A stretch of DNA of 63,157 bases, the filler included, from Reticulomyxa filosa (taxonomy: Eukaryota > Protista > Foraminifera): assembly GCA_000512085.1 (NCBI GenBank). It is 18 parts of 18 records of this genome, joined end to end, with 100 filler letters (N's around TTAATTAATTAA, not from the genome) between each part and the next. Parts side by side here need not be neighbours in the genome. Positions count along the whole stretch, not along the records: positions 1 to 23,658 come from ASPP01008657.1; 17 more parts are not named here. The stretch is one strand, 5' to 3'. Position 1 is the first letter of the stretch. The number at the start of each line of letters is the position of its first letter. The notes below the pieces were generated by a model that was given only the letters and a program-made list of their open reading frames with translations, was not told the DNA's origin and did not search any database. Shown here one piece after another: positions 1 to 12,900 of this stretch. The position numbers and the translations under genes were made by a program.

Positions 1-79
1 AAAAAAAAAAAAAAGAGTGAGTCCTTTTTTGGAGAAAAAAAAGAAAGAAATTTTTTAAACTTACTTTGAAAAAAAAAAG

Positions 80-1903
80 ACAAGCCAGTTGCAGTCGGAG
101 GTAGCGCGATGATTTCAACCGCGAATTACATTGCTCGTTCCTACGGTGTGCGAAGTGCAATGCCAGTATGCCTCCAAATCTTTTGATTGTTCTTTCCATT
201 TGAATTTTGGAGGCACATTTAACACTTAATTAAAAAAAAAAAAAGGGTTTTATCGGCAAAAAACTGTGTCCGGACTTGGTTTTTGTAAAACACAATTGGA
301 TGGCATATAAGGAAGCTTCCAACAAAGTCCGTGCAATCGTGGGTGAGTACGATCCAAACTACACTACCATGAGTTTGGATGAAGTATACTTGGACATTAC
401 ACTCTATCTTCAACAAGTTTGGAAGTTGCAAGTTTTTTTTATATTAAAAGAGTGTATACGTATATGTACGCACATATATGTATACATATACGTACATATA
501 CGTACGTATACAAGAATATGGACAAAAGTGGCAGCACAGTAGCTGAAGAGATACGTCGTCGTGTTTTTGAATCGACGCAACTAACGGCAAGCGCAGGTAT
601 AGCGTGCAATCGAATGCTGGCAAAGATTTGCTCCGACAAGAACAAGCCAAATGGACAGTACCAGTTGGCAGCGGACGCGAGGAGCATTAAAGAGTTTATG
701 GAAACGTTGCCAGTGCGCAAAATCCCAGGCATTGGCAAAGTGACCGAACGCATTTTGAAAGAAATTGGGTGTGAATATTGTGGAGATGTCACCGACACCA
801 GTCGTCCAATGTGTGCATATATTCCCATGTTTTTCAAATCCACCACCGCCCATTGGCTATTTCGCGCTTGTTTTGGCATTGGAACGACGGAGAGGGACCT
901 CGACCATGTTCGTGTGCAAAAGTCCATTTCCAATGAAAGAACTTTTCGGTCGACGAATGATGTAAAATGGCTGGAAGACAAGTGCACTCATATTGCTCGT
1001 CAATTGACCCAAGTTTGGTTGTTTGTTCTTTCAAATAAAAAAAAAGTTCAAGTTAGTCATTGGCTATCTTCTTTTTTTTTTTGGTTTCAGGAGTGTCAAG
1101 CAAAAAATATTCGTGGCAAAACGATAACGGTAAAAATCAAGACAAATGATTTTGACGTGAGAACACGCGCACACTCGATGGAGAAATACACCAACGACAC
1201 CGACACAATTGTGCAGGTCGCTTTGGAAGTTATGCGAAAAGAGTATCCGTTTACGGCAAGGCTGTTGGGGGTTCGGCTGAGTCACTTGGAAGTCACCGAG
1301 CCGGAACGAAAGTCCCAACGGCAACTGGCAGATTTTTTCAAAGTGGAAGAGGCCAAACATGGCCCTTGTCGCCACGCCTTGCACAGCGACGTGGATGTGC
1401 AAGCACAACGCAAAAATATTGAGCCACAGTCCGATCTCAATTCGAGACAAAAACCAGAGTTTATATCTGAACCTGTACCCAAAACTGAACCTGGGCTTAT
1501 CCCTAAACTTGGACCCAATAAACCTAAATCCAGACCCAAAACAAAAGAGAATAACATTCTATTTTTTTTAAAAAAGACGAACGAATTCAATGCATCTACA
1601 AAACACAAACGGACACTTGAGGAAAGCAACAATGAAACACAGACGAGAGAAGGAGTTGTTCCTCAAACTGATGTGCATTTCATCACTGCAAATAAAAAAA
1701 GCAAATCTTTTCATGCTACACAAGCAAAAGAGGTTTTCATGTACACCTGTCCCGTGTGTAATACCTTCCAGTCCAGGTGCAATTTGCAACTTAACATGCA
1801 TTTGAATACGTGCTTGGCAGAAGTAGGTCGCCTTCATAAAAACACAAGTCAACCAAAAAATAATAACTCATTGAAAATGTTTGCAACAGAGAAACGTTCC
1901 TAA
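80..1903 (+). CDS. POLK: DNA polymerase kappa (Y-family, DinB), 5' partial, multi-exon (approx. 80-165, 246-416, 515-1012, 1091-1903)
   Basis: Spliced translation gives [36 protein letters not shown], catalytic [34 protein letters not shown], Hh[16 protein letters not shown], little finger [17 protein letters not shown] and a C-terminal UBZ finger CPVC..HLNTC. GT..AG introns join the exons in frame. Confidence 0.95.
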
Positions 1904-3613
1904 TCTTTTTAGTTTAGTTGTCGTCTTTGTTACACACTATTTTTTGGTAGATTGCAGAACGCTGCTTTTTTCTCATTCCCCTTTTTTTTAACATTGCTGT
2001 TTTTAACGTGTGTATAATCTCCTCAGTTGCAATTTATTTATTTTTCGTGGTCATTTAATTTTATTGGCGTCTGTGGAATGTCTGCTGCTGAAAAGAACTG
2101 CGCAAAATGTAATACGAAAGGTTGATTAGCTCTACTGAGTAAACTTTCAACAAAACGAAATTTGATACAGAACGAAAAAACAATGATCTAGAACAAACAG
2201 GCAAAAACAAAAGACTGAGGAGTGAAGTGAGTGTGAACCAGAATAAAGGGTTCTGATGTTCACTTGGATTTCTGACGATGCTTGTACTACACGTCGTACT
2301 TTAACTTTCTCTTGGGTGCGAAATAAAATTATTGCCTCTCTTCACTGAAAATTTATTCTTCTGAGTTCTGGTATTCGATTTGAAATTAGAAATAAGCAAT
2401 ACTTCCACTACTAAAGTTTATCAAAAAAATATTAGATAAATAATACGGACTTTTTTAAAGAAATCTCATTCAGAAAAATAAATGAATAACGCTTTTCAAA
2501 TGTGTATTTTAAGGAAATGTTGTTATTTGGATTTTTACGTGTAAATAAATTATATATGGTGCCAATGTTTCTTCTGTTTTTTCTGAAGGCTTGCACACCT
2601 TTTCTCGAGGACCTCTAGAGTTAGCAGTAGGCTGTAGAAAAAAGAAGTCTTTTGAAAGAAATAACTTGTCACAAACTAATACTTTTACTAATGACAAACA
2701 TCCATGGCGAGACTACAGCGACGCAAGAAAGAAAAAATCGAAACGAACAAAGGAACTACTACGAGTGAAACGGTGTCTGCTGTTCAAAAAAGACACGCTT
2801 ACGGACTTCCTTTTTTGCAACAGGAAAAAAGCTTAAATTGCTGACAATGATAAACAAAGCAAGTTAGCTTGTCCAAAAATTTTTATTAGATTGTACTTGT
2901 ATGATCTTAATCAATGGCAATAAATTTATATTAAAAAAACGTGGGATAGTTACAAGGCCGCACTTCAAAAACACGGACAGAATAGCATAACTCCGCAATA
3001 GCTCCCCTTTTTTATTAATTGGAAAAGGACTACGCACACAAAATTCTACGTCCGACTTAATCTTAAAGGCAAATTTTTGAGATAAACTTGTCTTAAAATG
3101 AAAATTACAAACTGTAAATTGAGAAAGGGGGTTTGTGATGCGAATTCCTCAAGAAAGACTGACCGTGCAACTTTTTGAGGCAAAACTTGCTAGCGTGTAG
3201 TAGTTGCGAGTGTAAATGTTTTGTAAAGACTTACTTTAAATTTGCAAAGCAACTCAAAACTGAACCAAAAAGCTGGCTTTTATGGCGGCAAACTACCAGT
3301 AAACATAAACAAAAAAATTTGAAAGGAAAAGGGATAATAATTTTGAATTTTTATGAATTGAATGTTACTTTGAAAGACGTATGAAGTTAACTAAAAAAAA
3401 TAATTGATATATACATATATATGCTCCGCTTTAACTTTCTAAATTTTTGAAAAACTTGTCTCTATTGACGACTTGTAGCGTTTTTCGTACTCCGAATAAA
3501 TTATGTTCCTGAGAAAAACATAAAATATATGAACTGTTTGTATTTTGTTTGTGTTTTCGCTTATGGAAAGGCATTTTGATCTCTAAAGATATTATTAAAC
3601 GAAAAGGTTGGGC

Positions 3614-5947
3614 ATGGAAATGATGGATATAAACTTTCCGACCCCAAATTTGGATGCGTTGGAAAAAAATAGTCAAATCCGAGAGCGTTCCCATATATTG
3701 GATTCACGATCGAGAAGAACGAATATAAGTTCCTTAGGACTCGCAGCACAAGCAACTCCAATGAAGCAGCACAACACAGCGCCCCGAACAGGGCGTACAA
3801 AAGAGACAAACAGCATCACAAAAACAAAATTTGCACCGAAAGCAAAAAAGCGTTTGGAAGCAGCCAACAACAGCAACAGCAACAGCAGTAACAATAGTGA
3901 CAGCAGATCACAAAGCCCAGCAACAGAATTAAGGGGTTGTTTCTTACAAGATGAGTCAGCAAATTTGGAAAACAAGTCGTATTTTTCGAGGCGTTACAAA
4001 TCGTATGGCGTGGTAGGAACGGGGTCATTTGGGATTGTGTACAAATGCAAATGCAAAGAAGACGGCGAAATATACGCGGTGAAGCAATCACGCAAGCCGT
4101 TAGTGTCGAGACAGCAGAAGCAAATGAGCTTGAAAGAGATTGAAATAATTGAAAAGCTGTTTTGGGGAGGAGGAGAAGAAGAAGAAGGACGGATGACGAC
4201 ACATGCGCACTTGGTGACGTACTACGAGAGTTGGATCGAAGATCAGCGCTTGTTTCTAAGCCAAGAGTACTTCCCGCATGGGACGCTGAAGGACATGGTG
4301 ACATTCAACCCGTGTCTGGACAGCGAGCAGATCTTGGTATGTCTGTTGCATATGGCAAGTGGACTGCGATTCATCCACAAACACAACATTGTCCATCTCG
4401 ACTTGAAGCCTGAAAACGTTTTCATTTCGAGCGAACGCAGACTGAAGATTGGAGACTTTGGCATTGCATACGAGCTGTTGCCATCAGAGGCAAACAATAG
4501 CAACGATGAAGAAAAAGATAACGATAACAGTAATAATAATAATAACAATAATAATAATCATCATCATCGTCATCAACGACGTGAACATGATCATAATGAG
4601 CACAAACGTATACTACTATTCGAAGGGGGCGACTCGGTATACATAAGTCCGGAGTTAGTCTTGGAGGATATGTGTGTGGACACATCACAAAACATAAGCT
4701 GCGCGGCGGATATATTTTCGCTGGGAATAATGCTGTTTGAGTTGCTGTGCGATGTCAACGCGCCTGCCAATGGGCCACAGTGGAACCAGCTGCGCAATGA
4801 TCAATTGGATGGCTTCTTTTTTTCTTGTGATGATCACCAGCGCACACATTGGCCCGAACTTTACCAGCTGTGCAAATCCATGCTGTCACGCCAAAGCTGC
4901 AAACGTCCTTGCTCCACGCAGCTGTGGAACGAACTGCTGCGGATTGCCAATCTTCGTCATATTAGTGGATGGAGTCGCATGCTGGACACTCTCTGTCACG
5001 AACAAGACCCTCTTCCTCCCATTCCTAACATTACCTTGCCTCCACCTATGCATGTTATTGATCGGAAACATTCAGAAGATGCCAGCGGTGGCGGCAGCGA
5101 TGACACTTTTGCATTTGCATCTGCATCGTGGTTCGCAGAAAAATGCGGAGATATACGTACCCTCTTTTGCGACGATCATGATATCGAGATGAAACATGCG
5201 AGAGAAGAGGAGAAAGAGAAAGAAAAAGAAAATGCAGATTATGTTGCTACTCATTGTTGTTTGGATGAATCTTTGACACAAACACAAACTCCGCTCTTCA
5301 ATAATGGACAGCCCGTTTTGCTTAAACCTTCGCAGTCGCTGCATGTTCCTGACGATGCATTGTTGTCACACTTACACGCAGGACAAGAACGAGAACAAGG
5401 ACAGAGACAAGGATATGAAAGACAAGGCTCGCACGTCGATTGTAAAGAGTACTCTCATCCAAGATACGATTCTGATTCATTGGGAAAAAATGCGGAGGAC
5501 TCGACAACGAGGACGTCTTTGTCTTACAAATGGAAACCGCTGCAATTGCAATTTGATTGCAGCTGGACTGATGACGTGATGAACACAAGCGAAGATCAAA
5601 AGAACCCGCTTTCATTTGAGGTGGAACAACGTGTTTCTTCTATTTTTTTGAAACGTGAGGATGAGCTCCGAAATGCTGACTCTGCAAAAAATACCACAAT
5701 CGTCAAAAGACACTCGCACAACAAGCAGGAGGGTTTTGTTTTGCCAGATATGACCACGTCTTGTTTGGACGATGAAAAAGCTTTGGAGTCACCTCGTTCA
5801 ATTTGGACGGACTCTAGAGAGGACATGGACAGTATCAAGAAACGCCTGTTTCAAGATTCATTTGAAACATCGGAACACGATAACGATGATCAAAAATCTG
5901 ATGATGACTCAGACGATTCGTGCGTCCCTCGAAAAATCCATTTTTAA
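3614..5947 (+). CDS. WEE1: Wee1/Myt1-family protein kinase, intronless
   Basis: GTGSFGIVYKC, YAVKQSRKP, HLDLKPENVF, KIGDFG, Wee1-type EG(G)DSVYISPE, ADIFSLG. First ATG at 3614. Poly-Asn/His insert in the activation segment. Confidence 0.85.
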   Translation: MEMMDINFPTPNLDALEKNSQIRERSHILDSRSRRTNISSLGLAAQATPMKQHNTAPRTGRTKETNSITKTKFAPKAKKRLEAANNSNSNSSNNSDSRSQSPATELRGCFLQDESANLENKSYFSRRYKSYGVVGTGSFGIVYKCKCKEDGEIYAVKQSRKPLVSRQQKQMSLKEIEIIEKLFWGGGEEEEGRMTTHAHLVTYYESWIEDQRLFLSQEYFPHGTLKDMVTFNPCLDSEQILVCLLHMASGLRFIHKHNIVHLDLKPENVFISSERRLKIGDFGIAYELLPSEANNSNDEEKDNDNSNNNNNNNNNHHHRHQRREHDHNEHKRILLFEGGDSVYISPELVLEDMCVDTSQNISCAADIFSLGIMLFELLCDVNAPANGPQWNQLRNDQLDGFFFSCDDHQRTHWPELYQLCKSMLSRQSCKRPCSTQLWNELLRIANLRHISGWSRMLDTLCHEQDPLPPIPNITLPPPMHVIDRKHSEDASGGGSDDTFAFASASWFAEKCGDIRTLFCDDHDIEMKHAREEEKEKEKENADYVATHCCLDESLTQTQTPLFNNGQPVLLKPSQSLHVPDDALLSHLHAGQEREQGQRQGYERQGSHVDCKEYSHPRYDSDSLGKNAEDSTTRTSLSYKWKPLQLQFDCSWTDDVMNTSEDQKNPLSFEVEQRVSSIFLKREDELRNADSAKNTTIVKRHSHNKQEGFVLPDMTTSCLDDEKALESPRSIWTDSREDMDSIKKRLFQDSFETSEHDNDDQKSDDDSDDSCVPRKIHF
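4500..4600 (+). repeat. Coding AAT/CAT trinucleotide repeat (poly-Asn/His)
   Basis: AATAATAAT...CATCATCAT run between DFG and EGGD of the kinase. Confidence 0.85.
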
Positions 5948-7411
5948 ATGGGTTGAAATACAATCGAAATATTACTAGCACACATTTGCGTAAAAAAAAA
6001 TTTATGTCAAAAATTGTTTGGTATTACTTCCGACGTTATTAACTTTCTTCAAAAAACAAAAATATTTTTCAAACACATCTTGATGTTGACATTGCATGTA
6101 ATCTCTTACATTTATGGCCATACTCTAAAAGCAAAAAAACACTCCGAATAAAATTTTTTTAATCGGTTTTGCAAGGCTTGTCTGAATGTAATCATCCCGC
6201 AAAGAATTCGTAAATTTTGAAAGAAAAAATTGACCACATTGACAAACAATATTGCTTAAAGCTTATGTCAAATAATGGATTTTTTTTTTAAATAAGTGAT
6301 ATTTACTTGCCGATCTCTTTCTTGACTTGACAGTCATATAGACTTGATCACCTCTTCGTCGGCAATGCACTGTTATGACAGCTACGTTTCCTTTTTGCTC
6401 ATGTCGAGCTTTCACTTTTCTATATATTCGGTCATGCAAGATCTTTAGTACAACATCCTCTCTTTATCTCGGCTTCATGAAAACGTGTGCTATGTGTACC
6501 AATCAAAGCAATAACTATGTTCAGTACTACCCCAAATGTAGTTACCGTAATAGTAAGAGTAAGTTGCCTTTGTAAGACATTACCAGGCAAGCGACTGTTT
6601 GACACGCGGGTCAGGGTGCCTGTGATGACGTACAATAAGATCTTTGATCAAATTTCAGCGAGAGGGTGCGAGGATTGAACAGTGAATGAATGATTAATTG
6701 ACCACGTCAACAACAAATGGCACAAATTCAACAAATAAACCATGTTCACAATTTATGCTCGTTACATACAAAATACTTGTGGGAAAAGGAAAAAAAAGTC
6801 ACAAAAACCGTCCATTAAAATTGGGACTTTTGAAAAAAAAAAAACACAAAATAAATAGAATAAAAAGTACATGATGAAACCAAGTTGAAAAAAAAAAGAA
6901 AAGAAAAGAAATGAAAAAGAAAAAGTTGCAAAAATATGAACATACAATTAATCAAAATGCAAAATTTTTCCACTCCTGTACAAAAAATACAAATGCAAAA
7001 AACCAAATATCATTGCTGAGCATTCTTGTCAATGTTCAAACATACACAAAGACATTTCAAAAATGCATCAGCATTGGATGAAAAAAAATTTGGAATTTTC
7101 CTGCTTTTTCTTTTTTTCTTTTGAAGTTACACATACTTACCCACCCAAACGTACAATGGCTACAAGCACAAAAAGAAACGAAAAAACAATAGTCGACAAA
7201 TGCACATTTGGTCATCAGGAATTTTATTCTTTGGTTTTGTCCAGTTCGGTAACAATTGTATTTCATTTGGATTCATTGAAAATATACAAACATTTGGTTG
7301 AACAACCAAAAGTGTATGTGCAAATTGCAAATTTCACATTTACATTTCACATTTGAGGGAAAAGGATCGAATCAACTCTTCTGTTGCATTTTGCACAATT
7401 ACAAACATTAA

Positions 7412-9307
7412 TTACATTTTGTTCGATTTTTCAAGAAAAGTGAGTGTGCTGGAAGAGACAGCAGTATCATGACTTGTAGCATTGCTATGTATGGCAGAAG
7501 CAGGAAGGACGACAATGGTCTGCGCAATTTCAATATCACCTACAATAACGCTATGAATGGAAGAATGATTCGACGTGTTTTGGGTCAGTTTACAAAAGGG
7601 ATGAAGGAATAATCGGTCCATGTCAATCCGAAGGAATTCAGGTTTGAGCATTTGATTCAACACGTCAAATGTCTCTGCAGTTATCCAACACAATGCTTTT
7701 TGTTGCATGAACCAAAACAGCAATTTATCCTGCAAAATGATCTGAAACAAAGAGTCGTCCAAATCGGCATGATGGAATGGATAGCGACAAAACAATAACA
7801 AAAACAAAATCACGCCCATACTCCAAATATCTGCTTTAAATGGGTCATACGTTTTGTCAATGACATAATTGAGCAGCATGTCACAAATAGCTATTTCGGT
7901 AATCAACTCTCCTGTCTTCGATTGGGCCTGGGCCTGATTGCCTTGGATTTGTTTTATCGCTGCCGCACGTTTCGAAGAGATTTCAGTCAAACGCACTTTT
8001 CGTCGGTTGCTATCGCTCATTCGAACTTCAAATGCTTTATACCCTGGTTTTCCTACGTTTGCATTCCAACGACGACGCTTGCTTCTTCCTTTTTCGATAA
8101 CATCTTCTTTCCCACTCTCATCATCCAATTCGCCAAAGTCAACCCCAACCCCAAAGTCGATTATTTGGATTTGCGGATCAAACACATTTTCATTCTGAAC
8201 CAATATGTTCTCCAATGACAAATCCAAATGACTTATGTTCTTGCTATGCAACCACTCCACTGCTGATACAACTTGCGCAAATATCTTTTGGATCACGCGC
8301 AAACGCAAGTACATACAATCTTTGGGACAGTACGTGTATGGGTATGCCCGCATCCACGCCTGCTGGTTCCAATCTGTGCCCAAAAAAAAAAAACAACAAA
8401 AGTTAAAGACATTTTTTTTTGATTGGATGACAACAAAAGTAACGATTTGAATAAGTAAGAAAAGAAAGAGGTTGCTTCTTTTTTTTTTTGCGGACTTTTC
8501 GTGGTTTTTGAAAAACAGTCGACTAGAAGAGAAGAAAAGGTTAAAAAAAATTAAAAATAAAAAATAAAAAAAATTTACCCGGTTGAAAAACAGGATTGGC
8601 GTGCAACACATGAATGGTGTAATAAAACAGATTGCCACCAGGACAATACTCAGTAGCAAAGTAATAAAACAAGTCACATTCCCAATGAGTAATCAACTTA
8701 CAAATGGAATTGGGACAATCTTTCATCGCACTAAGTTTTCGCAAAAGCTGTTGTTCGCGCAGAAAATTCTCAAATACGGATACATTTTTCAACGATTTTT
8801 TGGCCAGTACTAACCCTTTTGATGCTGCTTTCACACATCGATATTGTCTGTCTTTGCGGTCAAAGCATCGGGCTGTGTAACCTGAATTTATGTGGGTTTT
8901 TGTTTGGTTTGTTTTTAAATCAATCGCTTAAAAAAAACTGAGCTCTCCTTCTTGGGCCAACAATTATTGTCGGTTTATGTTGTATATATGTATACACACG
9001 CACCTTGTAATGTGTTTCCCAAATGCTTGTCAGGAAAGTCAAAGCGTGGTTTCAATACTGCCGCCTCGTTGCTAAAACATCCAAGCTTTGCGATGTCGTT
9101 TTTCCTTTGATTAAATGCCAAATATCCACACGAAGAAAATTGAGAAATGAGGGGGTGGAGATGGATCTGACAACTTGGTATGTTTGTTGGTCCTTCGTTT
9201 GGTGTCGTGTTGTTCAAAAAAGGAACTCCTGGCACGATATGGAGTTGGGTAGGAACTGGCCTTGCCATTTGCTCCTTGTCAACTTTTGACTCAGTAAATT
9301 GTTCCAT
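7412..9307 (-). CDS. Ser/Thr protein kinase, CAMK-like, atypical HLDLSLEN catalytic loop, multi-exon
   Basis: Exons near 9307-9003, 8882-8580 and 8380-7412 give LGNTLQG.YTA, CVKAASK, ENFLRE, TEYCPGG, HLDLSLENIL, IIDFG, GKPGYKAFE, ADIWSMGV, HPF. Confidence 0.85.
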
Positions 9308-9950
9308 TGATGACTATTTAATCTTGCATTCAAAAAAGAAAAAACAAAACTATACAATTACTAGGAGTTAGAAAAAAACTTTCAGTTTCTTAGCTAGTTA
9401 GTCAAAGTTCAAGTATACTCAACAGTTTTTACATTTCTTGGAATGGATTATCTACTAATAAAAAAGAAAGACTAATTCCGTTACTCTTGAGTTTCTAGAG
9501 CACAGAAATCGATTTTACAACTGAAAATATTTGTAAAACGGTTGAACCTTTTGCAATCAATAGAGTCAAATTTACTTTGGTGAGTGTTTGACTTTCCTTT
9601 AGTAAAATTTTAATATCAAAAAAAGGCAATTAAAAAAAGCTAAAGATTCTGTAGGATTATTAGACATATAATTTTACCTTAACTTTTTACTTTTGTTGTC
9701 TTTAGAGGTTTCCGTCTTTTTTATCAAGTTTTAGTAACTTCGTGTCAAAGTTAGTTGTCAGGATTAAATGCACAAGCGTCAACCACAAAATCAACCAGCC
9801 CAAGTTAACTATAAATGCAATTTGTCCGAGCCTTTAAAAAAAGCAAAAAAAAAAACACACATTATTTTCTCGCTATTGTCACTCGCGGCGTTTCGCATAC
9901 GCGCATGTGAGTTTGCGTTTATAAAACAAACCAAAAAAAACAAATAAAAG

Positions 9951-12900
9951 GGATATGGTCCGGGCGACAATGTACCTCGTCGCCGTCCTCCCATACATAC
10001 GGGTGGTCATGGTTATTCGGATCCCAACATTGGCAATGTAGGTGTTGCCATTGGGGGTTATTCATCTCAAACTATTCCAGCGACGGGACAGCAGGCGAAT
10101 TATCCTTATCATACCTTTGGTAAAAAAAAAACAAAAAACGAACAAAACAAAATAAAATAAAGGAAGCCAACAAAAAGGGGTCTTTTTTTCCTCTCATTCT
10201 ATTTTTGTTGTTTCGGCCTGTTTGACAATTGTTTTGTTTGATTTTGAATGGGTTATAAACAGCAGCATCAGCCTCATCCGGTCAACAACCCCACTTTCAA
10301 GTGTATGGCCAAAACTTTCCGGGACAAGCGTCAAGACATCCTCAGGTTTGCAAAATGCAAATTGTTTGTATCATTGTGAATTGTGTGTACGCTAATTTTT
10401 TTTTTTTTTTTTTTTTTGGATTGTGTTGTGGACAATTCAAATTCGGTTATTTCATTCTTTTTTGTTTTGTTTTGTTTGTTTATTACATAACTGCTTGTAG
10501 ACAAATGTTGATGCCCCTCACTCAGCCGCAAGTCGCAAGACCCGATTCCTTGGGTATGTAAACACCTGGGGACTCGTTTCAAGTGCCCAAATATATATAA
10601 TCATAAAATTTTGTGTATACATATATTAATACATGTATACTTTTTTTTTATATGTTCTTTCCTAAACCATTGAACCTTTCTTTGCAGAGGAGATACAAAT
10701 AATAATAACAATAACAATAATTGTTATTTTCGTAATAATGCAATTATAAATGGTTTTATTATCTGAGCTTTTTTTTTTTTAAAACGAAATCTGACTTGAA
10801 ATAATGAAAACAACATACAGCCGAAAATGTAGTGGAAAACCAACAATCATTACAAATGCCAGCAAATGTACATTCGGTCCCCCCCCAGACAGCAGCGCAG
10901 CCATGGGGTCCATCGCACGGACACCAACACCAAGGTGCAACGGCCATACATGCATCCCAAGGAGCGAGTGGAGCGTCGAATGTCAACCAACCGATCACAT
11001 CTCAACAAGATACGGCAGCGGCGGTGCCAACAGCAACCGAGGGTCCCATCAGTGCGGCGAAAATAGTAATGAACACTGCCTCAAAGTTGGGCGCAGCGGA
11101 CGACCAAAAAGGTGGGAAAAGTTCGGCAGCAAAACTGATTAGCGGTGGCAAAAAACCAGTATCTGGTCAAACTAAGCCATGGATTCAATTCACCGGTCCG
11201 GCGAAGAAGGATCCCATATTCTGTTCATGGATGATCGTAAGGCAAGTTTTGTCTGGAGATACGTTCCGATTGGCTACCATTAAACCACCAAAACAATCGT
11301 TGGCCCCTTCAAGTCATTGTTTTCACATTAGAAGGTGTTCGAGCACCTCGAATTGGCCGTGGTGACAAACACGAAGAAGTTTCGAACTCAATGTGTCTTT
11401 TATTTTTGTTTTTTTCTCTATATTTGTTCCGATGAGAGATGTATATCAATTGGTTGAAATACTGACTCTATTGTGACTTTGGGAAAAAAACAGCCATTCG
11501 CCTACGAGGCTCGCGAATTTGTAAGGGCGCAAGTGTCCGCAGGCACTCCGGTGTTGTGTGTCGCTTGGGCAACAATCAAAGAGGAGTCAGATCAGCATTT
11601 CTGCGGAGACATTTACATTGCGTCAAAGTCAAAAAACTCGAATGAGCCTAATGCTCAAAGAGAGTCATTGTCCAACTTGTTGGTTTCAAGTGGCTATGCT
11701 GATTTAAACCTGAAAGACAAAAATCTTTCCCCTGTCGAACAGGAACGATTGTCCAAAGCGTTGGAAAAAGCCAAAAAATCAGGCTTGGGAAAATTTGTTG
11801 ATGGTGGTAGCGATGAAGAAAAAAAAGCTCCAGCCAACACTGCGGGTGCAGAAAATGCCAAAAAAAAAAAGGTGGAAAGCATCAAGAGCATGTGCGCAAA
11901 GTAGTGATTGTACGAACCCCGGAAGAACGCAAAAAAATTGCCGACAAGTACACAAACAAAACAATTCCTGCTGTGGTTGACCAAGTATGGGGTGGCTCCA
12001 CATTACGACTGGAATTAATTCCAGACGGAAAGAATCTGACTCACGAAGTGGTAGTAGTTAACTTGGCAGGTTGTACTGCTCCACGAAGTCAGGCTCCACA
12101 AAATGAAGATGATACGGACAAAGGCAATAAAGGAAAGGGCGGTGGAAATCGTAAAAATGCACCACGATGGAGCAGTGAAGCAAAAGAGTTTACGGAAGAA
12201 CGACTGTTATCTCAACGCGTAACTGTGAAAATTGTTGCGACGGACGCCAATTCCAATCTGTATGCTATTGTGTCACATCCAAAAGGACAAATTGCATTGT
12301 CGTTGTTACGAGCTGGCTTGGCTGAGTACGAATCGTGGACCGCGCAGTTGTTGAACAACAAGGATCAAAAAGAAATGAAAGAAGCGCTCAAAAGTGCTCA
12401 GGACAAACGTATTAATATCTGGCAAGACAAATCGACCAACATTTCTCATGACTTTGTCACGGTCACCGTTACGCAAGTGTTCTCTGGTGATAGCTTTTTG
12501 GCAAAGCTCCCTGGTGATGTTGAAGAGCGCTTCACATTGTCGTCCATTCGTCAACCACGAGTCAAAGAATCCAACAAGGAAAAAGACAACGCTAACGCCA
12601 AAGACGCATCCGCTCAAAACACCAACACCAACACCAATGCCAAAGGAAAAGGAAAAGATGAGACCGCACAGGCTCAACATGTCGAACATCCATGGGCAAG
12701 AGCGTCGAAAGAATATTTACGCAAGAAATTAATCGGAAAAAAAGTACAGTTGATGTGTGATTATGAAAGAGAATGGAAATCCAACGCGAAAGGAGGCTCC
12801 AAAGTTCAAAAAATATGTCACTGTTTTGGTTAACAAAGAGTTAATTAAAAAAAATAAATAAACACACAAAAACATGTGTGCACACCACATGTTTATATAT

